Below, in pieces: positions 1-11,138 of a stretch of 38,967 nucleotides of DNA. The notes under the pieces were generated by a model. The model saw only the letters and a list, made by a program, of their open reading frames with translations, was not told the origin of the DNA and ran no database searches. The stretch lies in sequence record SRR2962707_927; one strand, 5' to 3'. The translations under genes were made by a program, and so were the position numbers. The stretch's first letter is position 1, and each line of letters starts with the position of its first letter.

Positions 1-28
1 GTCCTCCTTAAAATATTTTAAGGAGGAC
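1..28. terminator. Perfect 28-bp palindrome, probable terminator for the sugar permease gene
   Basis: GTCCTCCTTAAAAT|ATTTTAAGGAGGAC lies 10 bp past the minus-strand stop at 39; any U-tract would fall outside the window. Confidence 0.6.
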
Positions 29-38
29 TTGTTACTAT

Positions 39-1271
39 TTAGTGAGTGCGAACTTTGGAGCCGATAGCCCCATAGTACGCAATGTATAGGTAGCAAATAA
101 CAGGCATAACAAAGGAGATCTGTAGGCCAATAGAGTCAGCCAGAGAGCCTTGAATGACGGGTAAAATTGCACCACCTACAATGGCCAAACAAAGTAAGCC
201 AGAGCCGCGACTGGTCTGTGCGCCTAAGCCGCTAAGGGCAAGGCTGAAAATCGTCGGGAACATAATTGAGTTAAAGAAACCCACTAATAAGATAGACCAC
301 ATGGCAATGTGACCGTCATTTAAGATCGTGCTTACAATCAAGACAATGGCCAATAAAGCGTTCATGGTAAGCAGTTTGCTTGCCGACATTCGCTGCATCA
401 GCGCTGCCCCGATAAAGCGCCCAACCATAGCGCCTCCCCAGTAATACGCAACGTAGTGAGCGGCATCTGCTTCGGCCAGCCCTGCAATATTATCAAGGCC
501 AAAGAAGTTAACGAGTAGGCTCCCAATAGAGACCTCCGCGCCAACGTACATAAAGATAGCCACAGCACCTAACACCAAATGGCGGTAACTTAAGATACTG
601 ATGTCTGGTGCTGCTGTGCTTTCTTCTTCGACATTCGAGGGCGTTGGCAGACTAATGCGAGTGAAGATAATCGCCAAAATAACAAGCGCTGCGGCTAACC
701 CTATATAAGGGAAGATCACGCTTTCTGCTTCTTGCGCTTTGGACGCATATTGACCTGCAGCGGTAAACAGTAGTGCGCCACCAACTAAAGGAGCAAGGGT
801 TGTTCCTAACGAGTTGAATGCTTGTGAAAGCGTTAAGCGACTGGATGCGGTCTCGGAAGGCCCCATAATGGTGACAAGAGGGTTAGCGGCGACTTGTAAA
901 ATAGTGATGCCGGACGCTAAGACAAAAAGAGCGCCTAGAAAAATGATATAAAGTTGCGCTTTTGCGGCGGCAATAAAGAGCAAACAGCCCGCTGCTGCAA
1001 TCATTAATCCGATGCCTATGCCGCGTTGGAAGCCAATTTTCTTAACAAGGTTACCGGCTGGAACAGAAACAATAAAATAGGCGCCGAAAAAGCAGAATTG
1101 AATTAGCATCGCCTGTGTATAGGAAAGGTCAAAAACGCCTTTTAAGTGTGGGATTAGAATGTCATTAAGCGATGTAATAAACCCCCACATAAAAAACAGG
1201 GATGTGAGAGCAACGAACGCAAAGCGTTGATTTAACTGTGGCTTTTCAGCTATAGATGACGTGTTTTTCAT
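39..1271 (-). CDS. gluP: Glucose/galactose MFS transporter (FucP/GluP family)
   Basis: Motifs [58 protein letters not shown] and about 12 hydrophobic segments. Start moved to ATG 1271 (MKNTSS). Confidence 0.88.
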   Translation of the reverse strand: MKNTSSIAEKPQLNQRFAFVALTSLFFMWGFITSLNDILIPHLKGVFDLSYTQAMLIQFCFFGAYFIVSVPAGNLVKKIGFQRGIGIGLMIAAAGCLLFIAAAKAQLYIIFLGALFVLASGITILQVAANPLVTIMGPSETASSRLTLSQAFNSLGTTLAPLVGGALLFTAAGQYASKAQEAESVIFPYIGLAAALVILAIIFTRISLPTPSNVEEESTAAPDISILSYRHLVLGAVAIFMYVGAEVSIGSLLVNFFGLDNIAGLAEADAAHYVAYYWGGAMVGRFIGAALMQRMSASKLLTMNALLAIVLIVSTILNDGHIAMWSILLVGFFNSIMFPTIFSLALSGLGAQTSRGSGLLCLAIVGGAILPVIQGSLADSIGLQISFVMPVICYLYIAYYGAIGSKVRTH

Positions 1272-1466
1272 AATTTTTCCGATCAGTTTAAACGAGGATT
1301 GTTCGTTTTTTATCTTTAGAATAGTTATCCAAATCAAAAAATCACGGCATCATAGCACCGTAAAGGCGCTTAAGTGTGTCGGGGGGTGTTGTGTGACATA
1401 AGTGTCCTAATAAGTTCCTAAATAGGCACTCTACTGTAAGGAAATATTACCTAGCCGTATTTTATG

Positions 1467-1509
1467 TAACATACTCCAGCCTCGTTTGTGAGCTGGCTGG
1501 AGTATGTTA
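1467..1509 (-). terminator. Hairpin after the chemoreceptor gene
   Basis: 15-bp inverted repeat TAACATACTCCAGCC / GGCTGGAGTATGTTA just past the stop at 1520; no strong U-tract on the minus strand. Confidence 0.6.
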
Positions 1510-1519
1510 TTTGGCGGGA

Positions 1520-3904
1520 TTATTTATCTTGTGGGTCAACGTGACGAGTGAAGTCGCGACGATCGGTAGACCATTGCTTATCGGTTACTTGGAACTGGTT
1601 GATATTCACAATGATGTTGTCGGCGAGTTTGATGACATCGTAGCCAACCAAAGTGGAATGTTCGGTTTGTTGGTTGATCGCCACAAAGCTTTGCTTCATC
1701 TCGTCATAATGGGCGGTGACATCAAGGAAGTTGTTTTGCTGGCTTTTTATCGCATGGGAAATTTGCTCGACTTTATGTGAGATGGTTTCCATCGCGGCTT
1801 GTACTTGGGACAAAGAATCCGTGGCGTCCCCGGTGTTTTTCGACGACTGCTCAGCATTAATTTTGCTTTTCTCCATGCGTTTCACAACTTCTAGCGTACC
1901 GCTTTGAATGGCTTCAACCATGCTGGCGACTTCGTCGGTGGATTGGCGCGTTTTGGATGCCAATGAACGAACTTCGTCAGCCACGACCGCAAACCCACGA
2001 CCGGTTTCACCTGCTCGTGCCGCTTCAATCGCCGCGTTGAGCGCCAACAGATTGGTTTGTTCTGAAATGCCATTAATCACATCAATAATGCCAGCGATTC
2101 TATCGGTATCGTCTTTGAGCTTTGAAAGCGCGTCGACGGCGAGACTAATGTCTTTGGACAGCTCATCCATTGTTTGAGCGACGTTATTAACCACCTGACT
2201 GCTTAAATGAACTATCTTGTTGCCTTCTATCGTAGCTTCGCTAATTTGCTCCAGTTCGGCTTTTACTTGCAAAGTGGAATCATTGGTATCAGATAAGCAA
2301 ATGTTAACTTGCTCAGCTTGGTTCTTTTGTTGTTGTGTGGCGATAGACAGTTGGCCGTTTACATCGGCCATGTCTTCTGAAATGGGCTTCAGGCGAGTGA
2401 CGGATGCCAAAACCGAAGAAAATGTTTTATCGATGTGGGCGATAAATAAATTGATGCCTGCTGCTAAATCCGCGAGTTCGTCTTTGCGTTTTATGGGTAA
2501 ACGCTGAGTTAGATCGCCTTCGCCCATGGCGATGTCGTGCATCACTTCACCCATTGCTTTAATTGGGCGAACTATGATGTTAGCAACCAGTAAGCCTAGA
2601 AGAGCGCCAACAATGAGGGCTATGACAGAGACAATGGCCAGCGTGGTGTAAATCCTTGCTTGTAATTGATAGACGGATTTGAGGGCTTCGGCTTCGCTGA
2701 TTTCACTGATAATGGCCCAATTCATGCCTTGGATATTCAAGGGTTTGTAGGCAAACAGGGCAGGGACGCCCAAATAGTTGGTTTCTTGAATGAAGCCTGT
2801 TTCGCCATTAATTGCTTTTTTCACACCTTCTCCGGTTACCTTAAGAAGGTTGATGCTTGTGCCTCGATGGGCAATTTCATCCAACGTTTTTGGCGGTAGC
2901 TTGATGGCTTTTACTTTTTCTAAAAAGGCCGCTTTATTTTCCAGTAATAAACGCTCGTTACTGCGCATTAGATAGTCGCTACCCACTAGGTAAGTTTGCC
3001 CTGTTTCCCCTAATCCACTGGCAGCCCAGTTTTGATGGTGAGACATCACTGAGCTGATGCGGTCAATAGGCATTTGGAAAATCAACACCGCAATGGTTTT
3101 GCCATTATCAATCACTGGCGTAGAGATAAAAGACGCCGCGGCATTATAGGATGGACCATAAGGAGAAAAATCTGTGAGATAGGTGGTGTCTTTTGGCGCT
3201 TTAACCGCGTGTTTGAACGCTTGCGCTAAACCGGTATTTTTATAAGGTCCAGAGAGCAGCGAGGTGGCAAAATCGAGTTCTTTAAAAACGCTATACACGA
3301 CATGACCGCTGTTTGCGTCGACCAGAAACACATCATAGAAACCAAAGCGCTGTTGGAACTCATGAAACATAGGGTGGAATTCTTGGTGAACTTTATCGTA
3401 TGTAGAATCATTGCCTGCGCTGTTTAAGCTGTCTTTTTGACCTAATTGGGCTGGATTATTGCTGATGTAGGCTTCTTGCATGGCTTTGGCAATAGGACTT
3501 AATGCGGTTAACAATGCGTCTGGGTTGCTGGATTCACCCGCGTTAAGTGTTTGATAATTCTTATCGAATTGCTGCTGATAGTAGTCGTTTAGTTTTTCAT
3601 CGTCTGCGGCGGTGGTCGTAGTTGGAAAGGCGTTAAAAGCGCTTGAGAAAGCCTTGGCGGCCGCTAAGGTGCTGTTGTTATGGGATAAGCTGGCGATTTG
3701 TCGATCAATCAATGAAAAATAGGTTTCAACAGACTCTGCGGTTAGATCTCGCGACAGCGCGAGCTGTTTTTGAGCGCTGTCTTGTAAGGCACTCGTTCCT
3801 TCGTTTAGGGCATTGTTGCTTAATATTAATCCCACAACAATAGTAGGAACGACTGCTAGCAAGGTGCCCATTAGAACCAAACGCATCTTAATTGATAAAG
3901 CCAT
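1520..3904 (-). CDS. Methyl-accepting chemotaxis protein with a large periplasmic Cache-like sensor, HAMP and signalling domain
   Basis: Two TM segments, HAMP ([26 protein letters not shown]), MCP signature [37 protein letters not shown]. Confidence 0.93.
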   Translation of the reverse strand: MALSIKMRLVLMGTLLAVVPTIVVGLILSNNALNEGTSALQDSAQKQLALSRDLTAESVETYFSLIDRQIASLSHNNSTLAAAKAFSSAFNAFPTTTTAADDEKLNDYYQQQFDKNYQTLNAGESSNPDALLTALSPIAKAMQEAYISNNPAQLGQKDSLNSAGNDSTYDKVHQEFHPMFHEFQQRFGFYDVFLVDANSGHVVYSVFKELDFATSLLSGPYKNTGLAQAFKHAVKAPKDTTYLTDFSPYGPSYNAAASFISTPVIDNGKTIAVLIFQMPIDRISSVMSHHQNWAASGLGETGQTYLVGSDYLMRSNERLLLENKAAFLEKVKAIKLPPKTLDEIAHRGTSINLLKVTGEGVKKAINGETGFIQETNYLGVPALFAYKPLNIQGMNWAIISEISEAEALKSVYQLQARIYTTLAIVSVIALIVGALLGLLVANIIVRPIKAMGEVMHDIAMGEGDLTQRLPIKRKDELADLAAGINLFIAHIDKTFSSVLASVTRLKPISEDMADVNGQLSIATQQQKNQAEQVNICLSDTNDSTLQVKAELEQISEATIEGNKIVHLSSQVVNNVAQTMDELSKDISLAVDALSKLKDDTDRIAGIIDVINGISEQTNLLALNAAIEAARAGETGRGFAVVADEVRSLASKTRQSTDEVASMVEAIQSGTLEVVKRMEKSKINAEQSSKNTGDATDSLSQVQAAMETISHKVEQISHAIKSQQNNFLDVTAHYDEMKQSFVAINQQTEHSTLVGYDVIKLADNIIVNINQFQVTDKQWSTDRRDFTRHVDPQDK

Positions 3905-4089
3905 TTTTCATCCTAAAAATTGATTTAATCTAAATCATATAAAAATATAAACCGTTATTAATGCTTTAGTAAAGAAAGCGCAAAAAAATTGTCTTGATTA
4001 AATCCCAGCTGCATAAAAAAGGGTAAAGGATTTATGTTAATCTTTGGTATCAATTTGTTAACTACTTCCCCTGATTTTAGAGTATTTGT

Positions 4090-5814
4090 ATGCGTATAGA
4101 ACGTCGCTCCTACCAGACTACAGATGAGCACTTTTCTGCGGACATGCCGCCGAGTTTACAGCGTATATTTTTAGCTCGAGGTGTCTCTTCTAGCCAAGAG
4201 TTGGATTACCGTCTGCCCTTGTTGTTAAGGCCCGAGCCATTGTTTGGGCTGCAAGCGGCGGCGAGCATTCTTGCTGATGCCATTATGGGGGAGCAAAAAA
4301 TTCTAATTGTCGGTGACTTTGATGCCGATGGCGCGACCAGTACCAGCTTGGGGATACTTGCCTTAGAAGCGATGGGGGCCATTGCTCCCGATTACTTGGT
4401 GCCCAATCGTTTTGAATTTGGTTATGGCTTAACCCCAGAAATAGTCGAAGTGGCGAAAGAGAAACAGCCCGATGTTTTGGTAACCGTCGATAACGGTATC
4501 GCCAGTTTAGATGGGGTGCGCGCGGCAAAATCCTATGGCATGAAAGTGGTCGTGACGGACCATCATTTACCTGGTGATGAGCTACCAGAAGCGGATGCAA
4601 TCGTTAACCCGAACCACCCCGCTTGTGGCTTCGACAGTAAAAACCTTGCAGGCGTAGGGGTGATTTTTTATGTGATGAGCGCTTTGCGAGCTGAATTAAA
4701 ACGACGAAACTGGTTCGAAGATCAGCATATTCCTGAGCCGAAAATGGCGGACTATTTAGACCTGGTAGCATTGGGGACTGTGGCCGATGTGGTGTCGTTA
4801 GATACCAATAACCGGATTCTAGTGCAGCAGGGGATTAAGCGCATCCAAGCAGGGTTGGCACGCCCTGGTATCCTCGCATTATTGGAGATAGGTCGTCGTG
4901 ACTACTCACGATTGAAAGCGTCTGACCTTGGTTTTGTGGTTGGTCCTAGGTTAAATGCAGCAGGGCGTCTTGATGATATGTCTGTCGGCATTGAATGTTT
5001 ATTGACCCCTCACCCGCATCAAGCAAAGCAATATGCCCAGCAATTGGATCAGTTTAATCGCGAGCGCAAGGCGATTGAATCCGACATGAAAGATCAGGCT
5101 GAAGAGGTCTTATCGAGCTTGTTAGATGAAGATCAAGAGATGCCCAATGGCATGTGTTTCTACGACCCTGACTGGCATCAAGGTGTGATAGGTATCTTGG
5201 CTTCTCGTATGAAAGAAAAGTGCCACCGTCCGGTGATTGCGTTTGCGCGTGTCGGCGACGATGAATTAAAAGGCTCTGCGCGTTCTATTGCTGGCGTGCA
5301 TATTCGAGACGCATTGGATTTATTGGCAAAACGCTACCCTCAATTACTGAGTAAATTTGGTGGGCATGCAATGGCGGCTGGCATGAGCATTAAAGAGTCT
5401 CATTACGACGCCTTTCGTTTGGCGTTCGACGCTATTATTAGCGATTGGGTGACACCGGAGCAGCTCGAAGCCACGGTCTGGACGGATGGACCTCTCGCCC
5501 CCGAAGATTTTAGTTTGAGTTTTGCTGAGCAGGTGCGTTTATCTGGACCTTGGGGGCAAGCGTTTCCTGAACCTTGTTTTGATGGTGTATTTGAGGTGTT
5601 GCAACAACGCTTGGTGGGTGAGAAGCATTTGAAGTTGATGGTAAGGGAGCCGCAAAGTGGGCTCTTGCTCGATGCGATTTGTTTCTTTGTTGATTTGGAA
5701 AAATGGCCGAACGAGTCCTGTACGAAAATTCGCCTAGTCTACAAGCTCGATATCAACGAATTTAGAGGGCAAAAAAACCTCCAATTGATGGTGGACTATT
5801 TAGAAGCGGCTTAG
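4090..5814 (+). CDS. recJ: Single-stranded-DNA exonuclease RecJ
   Basis: GDFDADGATS, TVDNG, TDHH, LGTVADVV, PRLNAAGR, GSARS, FGGHAMAAG. Confidence 0.97.
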   Translation: MRIERRSYQTTDEHFSADMPPSLQRIFLARGVSSSQELDYRLPLLLRPEPLFGLQAAASILADAIMGEQKILIVGDFDADGATSTSLGILALEAMGAIAPDYLVPNRFEFGYGLTPEIVEVAKEKQPDVLVTVDNGIASLDGVRAAKSYGMKVVVTDHHLPGDELPEADAIVNPNHPACGFDSKNLAGVGVIFYVMSALRAELKRRNWFEDQHIPEPKMADYLDLVALGTVADVVSLDTNNRILVQQGIKRIQAGLARPGILALLEIGRRDYSRLKASDLGFVVGPRLNAAGRLDDMSVGIECLLTPHPHQAKQYAQQLDQFNRERKAIESDMKDQAEEVLSSLLDEDQEMPNGMCFYDPDWHQGVIGILASRMKEKCHRPVIAFARVGDDELKGSARSIAGVHIRDALDLLAKRYPQLLSKFGGHAMAAGMSIKESHYDAFRLAFDAIISDWVTPEQLEATVWTDGPLAPEDFSLSFAEQVRLSGPWGQAFPEPCFDGVFEVLQQRLVGEKHLKLMVREPQSGLLLDAICFFVDLEKWPNESCTKIRLVYKLDINEFRGQKNLQLMVDYLEAA

Positions 5815-5928
5815 TTTTGAACGCTGTTTTTCTTGAATAAAATACCGCGAGGGCGCCTATCTATTCCTAACTTAGGTTACAATAGCCCTCCCTCAATCCA
5901 CTACATTATTTAATGCAGGAGTCCATCC

Positions 5929-6771
5929 ATGACTGCACAGGTTCTTGACGGCAAGCTTTGCGCCAAAGAAACCGAAACCCGCCTTCAAGCTCAAGTCGCT
6001 GAGTTAAAACAGCGTACTGGCGGTACTCCCATTCTAGCAACCATCCTCGTTGGCGCCGATCCAGCGTCTGCGACTTATGTCAAAATGAAAGGCAATGCCT
6101 GTCGTCGTGTTGGTATGGATTCTATGGCTATCGAATTGCCAGATACCACAACCACAGAAGAGTTGCTGGACACCATCAATGGTTTGAATGAAAACCCTGA
6201 TGTTCATGGTATTTTGTTGCAGCACCCGGTGCCAGAGCAAATCGATGAGCGTCTGTGTTTTGATGCTATTGAAGCACGCAAAGATGTTGACGGTGTCACC
6301 TGTCTTGGTTTTGGTCGTATGGCGATGCAAGAGCCGGCATACGGTGCGGCGACTCCTGCTGGCATTATGCGTCTGCTAGAAGCGTACGATGTTGCCCTAG
6401 AAGGCAAACATGTTGTTGTGGTTGGTCGTAGCCCGATTTTAGGCAAACCAATGGCGATGATGATGTTGAATGCAAATGCAACAGTGACCATCTGTCATTC
6501 TCGTACGCAAAATTTACCTGACTTGATCAAACAAGCTGACGTCATTGTTGGTGCGGTTGGTAAGCCTGAGTTTATTAAAGCAGAATGGATCAAAGACGGT
6601 GCCGTTGTGGTAGACGCCGGTTACCATCCAGGTGGTGTTGGCGACATTGAATTAGCGCCATTAGTTGATCGTGTTTCGGCATACACACCAGTACCTGGTG
6701 GCGTTGGCCCGATGACCATCAACACCTTGATTTTGCAAACCTTAGAATCTGGCTTAAAGCAGCTGGGTTAA
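5929..6771 (+). CDS. folD: Methylenetetrahydrofolate dehydrogenase/cyclohydrolase
   Basis: [40 protein letters not shown] upstream. Confidence 0.97.
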   Translation: MTAQVLDGKLCAKETETRLQAQVAELKQRTGGTPILATILVGADPASATYVKMKGNACRRVGMDSMAIELPDTTTTEELLDTINGLNENPDVHGILLQHPVPEQIDERLCFDAIEARKDVDGVTCLGFGRMAMQEPAYGAATPAGIMRLLEAYDVALEGKHVVVVGRSPILGKPMAMMMLNANATVTICHSRTQNLPDLIKQADVIVGAVGKPEFIKAEWIKDGAVVVDAGYHPGGVGDIELAPLVDRVSAYTPVPGGVGPMTINTLILQTLESGLKQLG

Positions 6772-6857
6772 TATCAAGCATTGAAAGCGGCGCGACCTTG
6801 CCCCATATAGAGTCTATAGGGTAGCAAAGAGAAGAACGCGACGCCTTTATGATTGAT

Positions 6858-6887
6858 AAGAAGCCGTGCCGACAGGTGCGGCTTCTT
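6858..6887 (+). terminator. Hairpin, possible folD terminator
   Basis: AAGAAGCCGTGCC-GACA-GGTGCGGCTTCTT (two G-U pairs) followed by GCTTT. Confidence 0.5.
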
Positions 6888-6958
6888 GCTTTGCACGATT
6901 TAGTGAAGACAGCACGCTCCATTATTTAGATAACATAACAGAAATAGGTAGATGGCCC

Positions 6959-7549
6959 ATGTCCACAGAAATGTTAAAAGATGCGCTTGATTTTGATTTG
7001 ATCGCCGATGTGTTTGTCTCTGAGTCTATCAGTGCATCCCCTGCAGAATTGCATGGTCAGCTTTGTGGTTATCTGGCGTCAGGGGTGACCTTACCATTGG
7101 AAGATTGGCTGACCATGGTGGCGGAATTTTGCGACATTGAAAGCTGGAAAGAAGACGCCAGTCGTGCCGCTATTGTTGAGTTATACACGGCGACTTTGAC
7201 CTTATTTCAAAATGGCGAGTACGCATTAGTACCGTGCATTTCGGATGAGGATGCGGAACTGTGCGAACGAGGGGGTACTTTATCCCAGTGGGCGCACGGG
7301 TTTTTAGCGGGTTACGGTTTGTCTGGTCAGAAAAAAGAACTGAACGACGAAATCAAGCAAGTGTTGCGTGACTTCGCCAATATTTCTGCAATGCAAGCGG
7401 ATATGCGCTCGCTTGAAAGCAACAATGATAACGAAACAGATCTGACTGAATTGGTTGAGTATGTTCGCTTGTCTGCCATGATGCTCTATTCAGAACACCA
7501 TCAAGTCAATCCGAATGTAGATCACACGAAACAAAACTCCTTGCACTAA
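6959..7549 (+). CDS. ygfB: UPF0149 family protein YgfB
   Basis: SPAELHGQLCGYL, WAHGFLAGYGL, ELVEYVRLSAMMLY; position directly before pepP. Start moved to ATG 6959. Confidence 0.88.
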   Translation: MSTEMLKDALDFDLIADVFVSESISASPAELHGQLCGYLASGVTLPLEDWLTMVAEFCDIESWKEDASRAAIVELYTATLTLFQNGEYALVPCISDEDAELCERGGTLSQWAHGFLAGYGLSGQKKELNDEIKQVLRDFANISAMQADMRSLESNNDNETDLTELVEYVRLSAMMLYSEHHQVNPNVDHTKQNSLH

Positions 7550-7626
7550 TAATGGGCCCTTTGTTGTCCATCCAGCGAATCGAGCTGAGTGGTTATGGCC
7601 ATCACCTTATATAAGAGAGAGTGAGC

Positions 7627-8940
7627 ATGAAAATCGAAAGTCAAACTTACCAAGCTCGACGTGAGCGTTTGATCCAGTCGCTACCTGACAACACGGTTGC
7701 TGTGATTCGCACCGGCGACCTCTGCACACGTAACAATGATTGTGAGTATGAGTTTCGACCGAACAGCCGCTTCTTTTATTTAACCGGTTTTCCTGAGCCC
7801 AGTGCCTATGCTTTGATTAATGGGAAAGGTGAAACCGTATTGGTGACCTTGCCGAAAGACCCTGAAAAAGAGCAATGGGAAGGTTTTCGTTATGGCACAG
7901 AGGGGACGATTAACACCTTTGGTGTGCACGATGCGGTGCCACTAGATGCGCTGGATAGCGTGGCGATCGCTGTGTTGGATGGCGCTCAACAGGTGGCCTT
8001 TCCGTTTGATGATGAGCCGCTTCGTCAGCAAGTTTTACAGTGGCGAGACGATTTGGCGTCACGAGCTCGGGCGGGGGCGATTGCTCCAACTCAGCTTTTG
8101 GATTTGTCTCCTGCTATTTCAGAAATGCGTTTACGCAAAGACGATGAAGAAATTGCCCTGATGGAAAAAGCCGCGCAAATCAGTGTGGCGGCGCACAAGC
8201 AAGCAATGCGAACCGTGCGCCCAGGGATGAAAGAATATGAACTGGAAGCAGAACTAAATTACGTTTTTATGAAATCGGGATCGCGTCAGCCTGCGTATAA
8301 CAATATTGTCGCCTCTGGTCACAATGCCTGCGTTCTGCATTACATCAAGAATGACGACACCATTGATGATGGCGATTTAGTATTGATTGATGCCGGGGCG
8401 GAGTTTGGTTGTTACGCTGGCGACATCACACGAACCTTTCCGGCGAATGGCAAGTTTTCTGAACCGCAGGCCGCTTTGTACCAAGTCGTATTAGACGCTC
8501 ATACCGCTGGGCTAAAAGAGCTAAACGTTGGTGCGCCTTATGAGGCATGCCATAACGCGGCAGTGAAAACCCTAACTCAAGGTCTAGTGACGCTGGGTTT
8601 ATTGACTGGAAACGTCGAATCGCTGATTGAAAGCAAGGCATACCGAGATTTTTATATGCACAATACCGGACACTGGCTTGGCCTTGATGTCCATGATTGT
8701 GGGGCGTATCGAGTCGATGGCGCCTCTCGGCCCCTCGAAGCTGGCATGGTATTAACCATAGAGCCTGGCTTGTATGTGTCGTTAGACAATGAGTCGGTGG
8801 ATGAAAAGTGGCGTGGTATTGGTATTCGTATTGAAGACGATGTCTTAATTCGTGCGGATGGCCCTTATATTCTAACGCATGGCTTGCCACGAGAAATCGC
8901 AGAAATAGAAGCCTTTATGGCACAGGGTCGTGAACTTTAA
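7627..8940 (+). CDS. pepP: Xaa-Pro aminopeptidase
   Basis: RNNDCEYEFR, LHY, IDAGAE..YAGDITRTFP, HWLGLDVHD, TIEPGLY, GIRIEDDV. The GTG at 7621 is an alternative start. Confidence 0.96.
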   Translation: MKIESQTYQARRERLIQSLPDNTVAVIRTGDLCTRNNDCEYEFRPNSRFFYLTGFPEPSAYALINGKGETVLVTLPKDPEKEQWEGFRYGTEGTINTFGVHDAVPLDALDSVAIAVLDGAQQVAFPFDDEPLRQQVLQWRDDLASRARAGAIAPTQLLDLSPAISEMRLRKDDEEIALMEKAAQISVAAHKQAMRTVRPGMKEYELEAELNYVFMKSGSRQPAYNNIVASGHNACVLHYIKNDDTIDDGDLVLIDAGAEFGCYAGDITRTFPANGKFSEPQAALYQVVLDAHTAGLKELNVGAPYEACHNAAVKTLTQGLVTLGLLTGNVESLIESKAYRDFYMHNTGHWLGLDVHDCGAYRVDGASRPLEAGMVLTIEPGLYVSLDNESVDEKWRGIGIRIEDDVLIRADGPYILTHGLPREIAEIEAFMAQGREL

Positions 8941-8976
8941 TGTAGTAATCAGGCGTTTGTCGCCGGAGATGAGTAA

Positions 8977-10182
8977 ATGGCAAAGCAATACGATTTAATC
9001 ATAGTGGGCGCAGGCATGGTGGGCTCTTTAGCGTCTTTATTACTGGCCAATTCGTCGTTACGAATTGCTCTGGTAGATAGGCACAACGGGGACTACGCTT
9101 TGTCAGTGCCACCTAGCTATGATGCTCGTGTTAGCGCTATTTCGTGCCAATCTAAAGCCTTGTTAGAAGCGGCAGGCGCTTGGCAATCGATCCCTCAAAA
9201 CCGCCTCGCTGCCTATAATAATATGGTGGTTTGGGACGGTTTAGGGGAAGGTTACATCGACTTTAATGCGCGTAAAACTCAGTTACCAGAATTGGGGCAT
9301 TTGGTTGAAAACGCGATTTTGTGCACTAGCTTAATGACAGAAGTTAAGCAGTCTTCGAACATTGATTTGTACCTTGCTGATGAAGTGGAAAACCATGAAT
9401 TGAGTGAGTCAGGGGTGACGGTTTCTTTGCTGTCAGGCCGCCAATTAGAAGCGCAAGCCATTATTGCGGCAGACGGTGCTCTGTCTAAGCTGCGTACCGA
9501 AAATGCCTTTGAGACCGTCGAGTGGGATTATGGTCATCAAGCCATGGTGGCAACCATTGAAATTGATCGCGCCCATGAAAATACGGCATGGCAAAGTTTT
9601 GGCGAAGAAGGCATTTTGGCTTTTTTGCCGCTGCCGAGTGTCGATGATCGTCATTTTGTATCCATTGTTTGGTCTGTGCCTCCACAAGAGGCCGACAGCT
9701 TGATGGCGCTGGATGATCAGGCATTTTGCAAACGACTAGGCTACGCCATCAGTCAGCGCTTTAGCGTGCTGGATATCACCACGGCTCGTCAGTCGATTCC
9801 ACTGCGTCAACGTCATGCAAAGCAGTATGTGAAAGCAGGCATTGCTCTGATTGGAGATGCGGCTCATACGATACATCCGCTGGCAGGTCAGGGCGCTAAT
9901 TTAGGCTTTGGTGATGTGAAAGCGCTGGTGGACGTATTGTCGAAAGCCCATCGACGTGGTGAGTTTTTAGGCGCGAGTCGAGTCTTGCGTCGCTACCAAC
10001 GGGCTCGCATGCTGGACAATATCGCCATGGCGGCGGGCATGGAAGGCTTTAAGCGTTTGTTTGGTACACAGCAACCTTTGCTGGTTCAGCTACGCAATCA
10101 AGGCATGGCCCATTTTCATAACAACACATCATTAAAAGAGAAACTCGTCGCCCGAGCGGCTGGCTTGTCTTCTTTTTCTTAA
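8977..10182 (+). CDS. FAD-dependent ubiquinone-biosynthesis hydroxylase, most like UbiI/VisC
   Basis: GAGMVG, RVSAIS, AADG, GDAAHTIHPLAGQGANLG; lies after pepP. Confidence 0.88.
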   Translation: MAKQYDLIIVGAGMVGSLASLLLANSSLRIALVDRHNGDYALSVPPSYDARVSAISCQSKALLEAAGAWQSIPQNRLAAYNNMVVWDGLGEGYIDFNARKTQLPELGHLVENAILCTSLMTEVKQSSNIDLYLADEVENHELSESGVTVSLLSGRQLEAQAIIAADGALSKLRTENAFETVEWDYGHQAMVATIEIDRAHENTAWQSFGEEGILAFLPLPSVDDRHFVSIVWSVPPQEADSLMALDDQAFCKRLGYAISQRFSVLDITTARQSIPLRQRHAKQYVKAGIALIGDAAHTIHPLAGQGANLGFGDVKALVDVLSKAHRRGEFLGASRVLRRYQRARMLDNIAMAAGMEGFKRLFGTQQPLLVQLRNQGMAHFHNNTSLKEKLVARAAGLSSFS

Positions 10183-10310
10183 TATTGAATCGAGTCTCTT
10201 GTTCCTTAATGGGCAAGAGGTCCACGGCTAGGCCGTGAGAGTTTTGCAATTCTTGAGATCTGCTTTATGCTCAAGAGAAAGATTATTGATAGGGTTTAAG
10301 GCTGCCGCAT

Positions 10311-11138
10311 ATGCAAGTACAAGATTTGTTGAAAAAAACGGATAAGCTCCCTAATGTCCCGGATGTGGTTAGAGAGTTGATCGTTCTGCTGAACGACCCT
10401 AATGCCAATTATTTTGATATCTCCCAAAAGGTCGCCCATGACCAAACCATGTCGCTTAAAGTGTTGCGAGTGGTTAATTCGGCGTATTTTGGTTTGTCTC
10501 GAAAAGTGTATTCGATTGATGAGGCTACGGTGATTTTGGGTATTAATAAACTCAAAACATTGGTGATAGCATCTGGGTTTGCTAATTCGGTAAAAAGTGT
10601 AGAAGGGATTGATTTAAAAGCGTTTTGGCAGGACTCTTTTCGTGTCGCTATTTTGGCGCAATGGCTTGGTAAACGCACCGACCTTGTTGACGCAGAAGAG
10701 GCCTTTACTGCTGGTATTGTGCATAACCTTGGGCGCTTATTGTTGCATTTGACAGAGCCCACTATCGCTCAAGAAATTCGAACGCGAACGAAAGAAAACT
10801 TTATCAGTCGTACGAAAGCGGAGTTAGATGCGCTGGGGTTTACCACTCAAGACGCCAGCAAAGCCTTAATGGATTTGTGGAAGTTTCCGCCAGAATTGGG
10901 GGAAGCGGTGCGAATGCACAAACGCCCCTTTAGTGAGGAAGACCCACAGCCATTAGCGTGCGTTTTGAACTTGGCTTGTTACCTAAATGCTTGTATTCGC
11001 AGTGAGCGCGACGAAGAATTGGTCGTCGATGGCTTCCCTAAAACGGTGGCCAAAGGCGCGGGCTTGCCAGAGCAGATTATTTATCAGCTTGGTGAGGCTC
11101 TGTTGATCGGCGATGATTTAGACTTGTTGTTGTCTTAG
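10311..11138 (+). CDS. Stand-alone HDOD domain protein
   Basis: LPNVPDVV, DQTMSLKVLRVVNSAYFG, FWQDS, AFTAGIVHNLGRL, LWKFP. Confidence 0.88.
   Translation: MQVQDLLKKTDKLPNVPDVVRELIVLLNDPNANYFDISQKVAHDQTMSLKVLRVVNSAYFGLSRKVYSIDEATVILGINKLKTLVIASGFANSVKSVEGIDLKAFWQDSFRVAILAQWLGKRTDLVDAEEAFTAGIVHNLGRLLLHLTEPTIAQEIRTRTKENFISRTKAELDALGFTTQDASKALMDLWKFPPELGEAVRMHKRPFSEEDPQPLACVLNLACYLNACIRSERDEELVVDGFPKTVAKGAGLPEQIIYQLGEALLIGDDLDLLLS

Noticed and set aside
1435-1452. TGTAAG-GAAATA-TTACCT upstream of the sugar permease as a GacA or HexR site
   Set aside because: The TGTAA..TTAC spacing is 7 bp, fitting neither the Gac box (8) nor the HexR consensus as I recall it (5), and the right arm is imperfect
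1511-3843. Several short + strand ORFs opposite the chemoreceptor
   Set aside because: Antisense shadows of a well-supported gene, with no recognisable motifs; the same applies to the short ORFs nested in the other large genes
6773-6958. 6S RNA upstream of ygfB
   Set aside because: The hairpin is about 85 nt rather than a ~180-nt rod with a central bubble, and zapA/fau are absent
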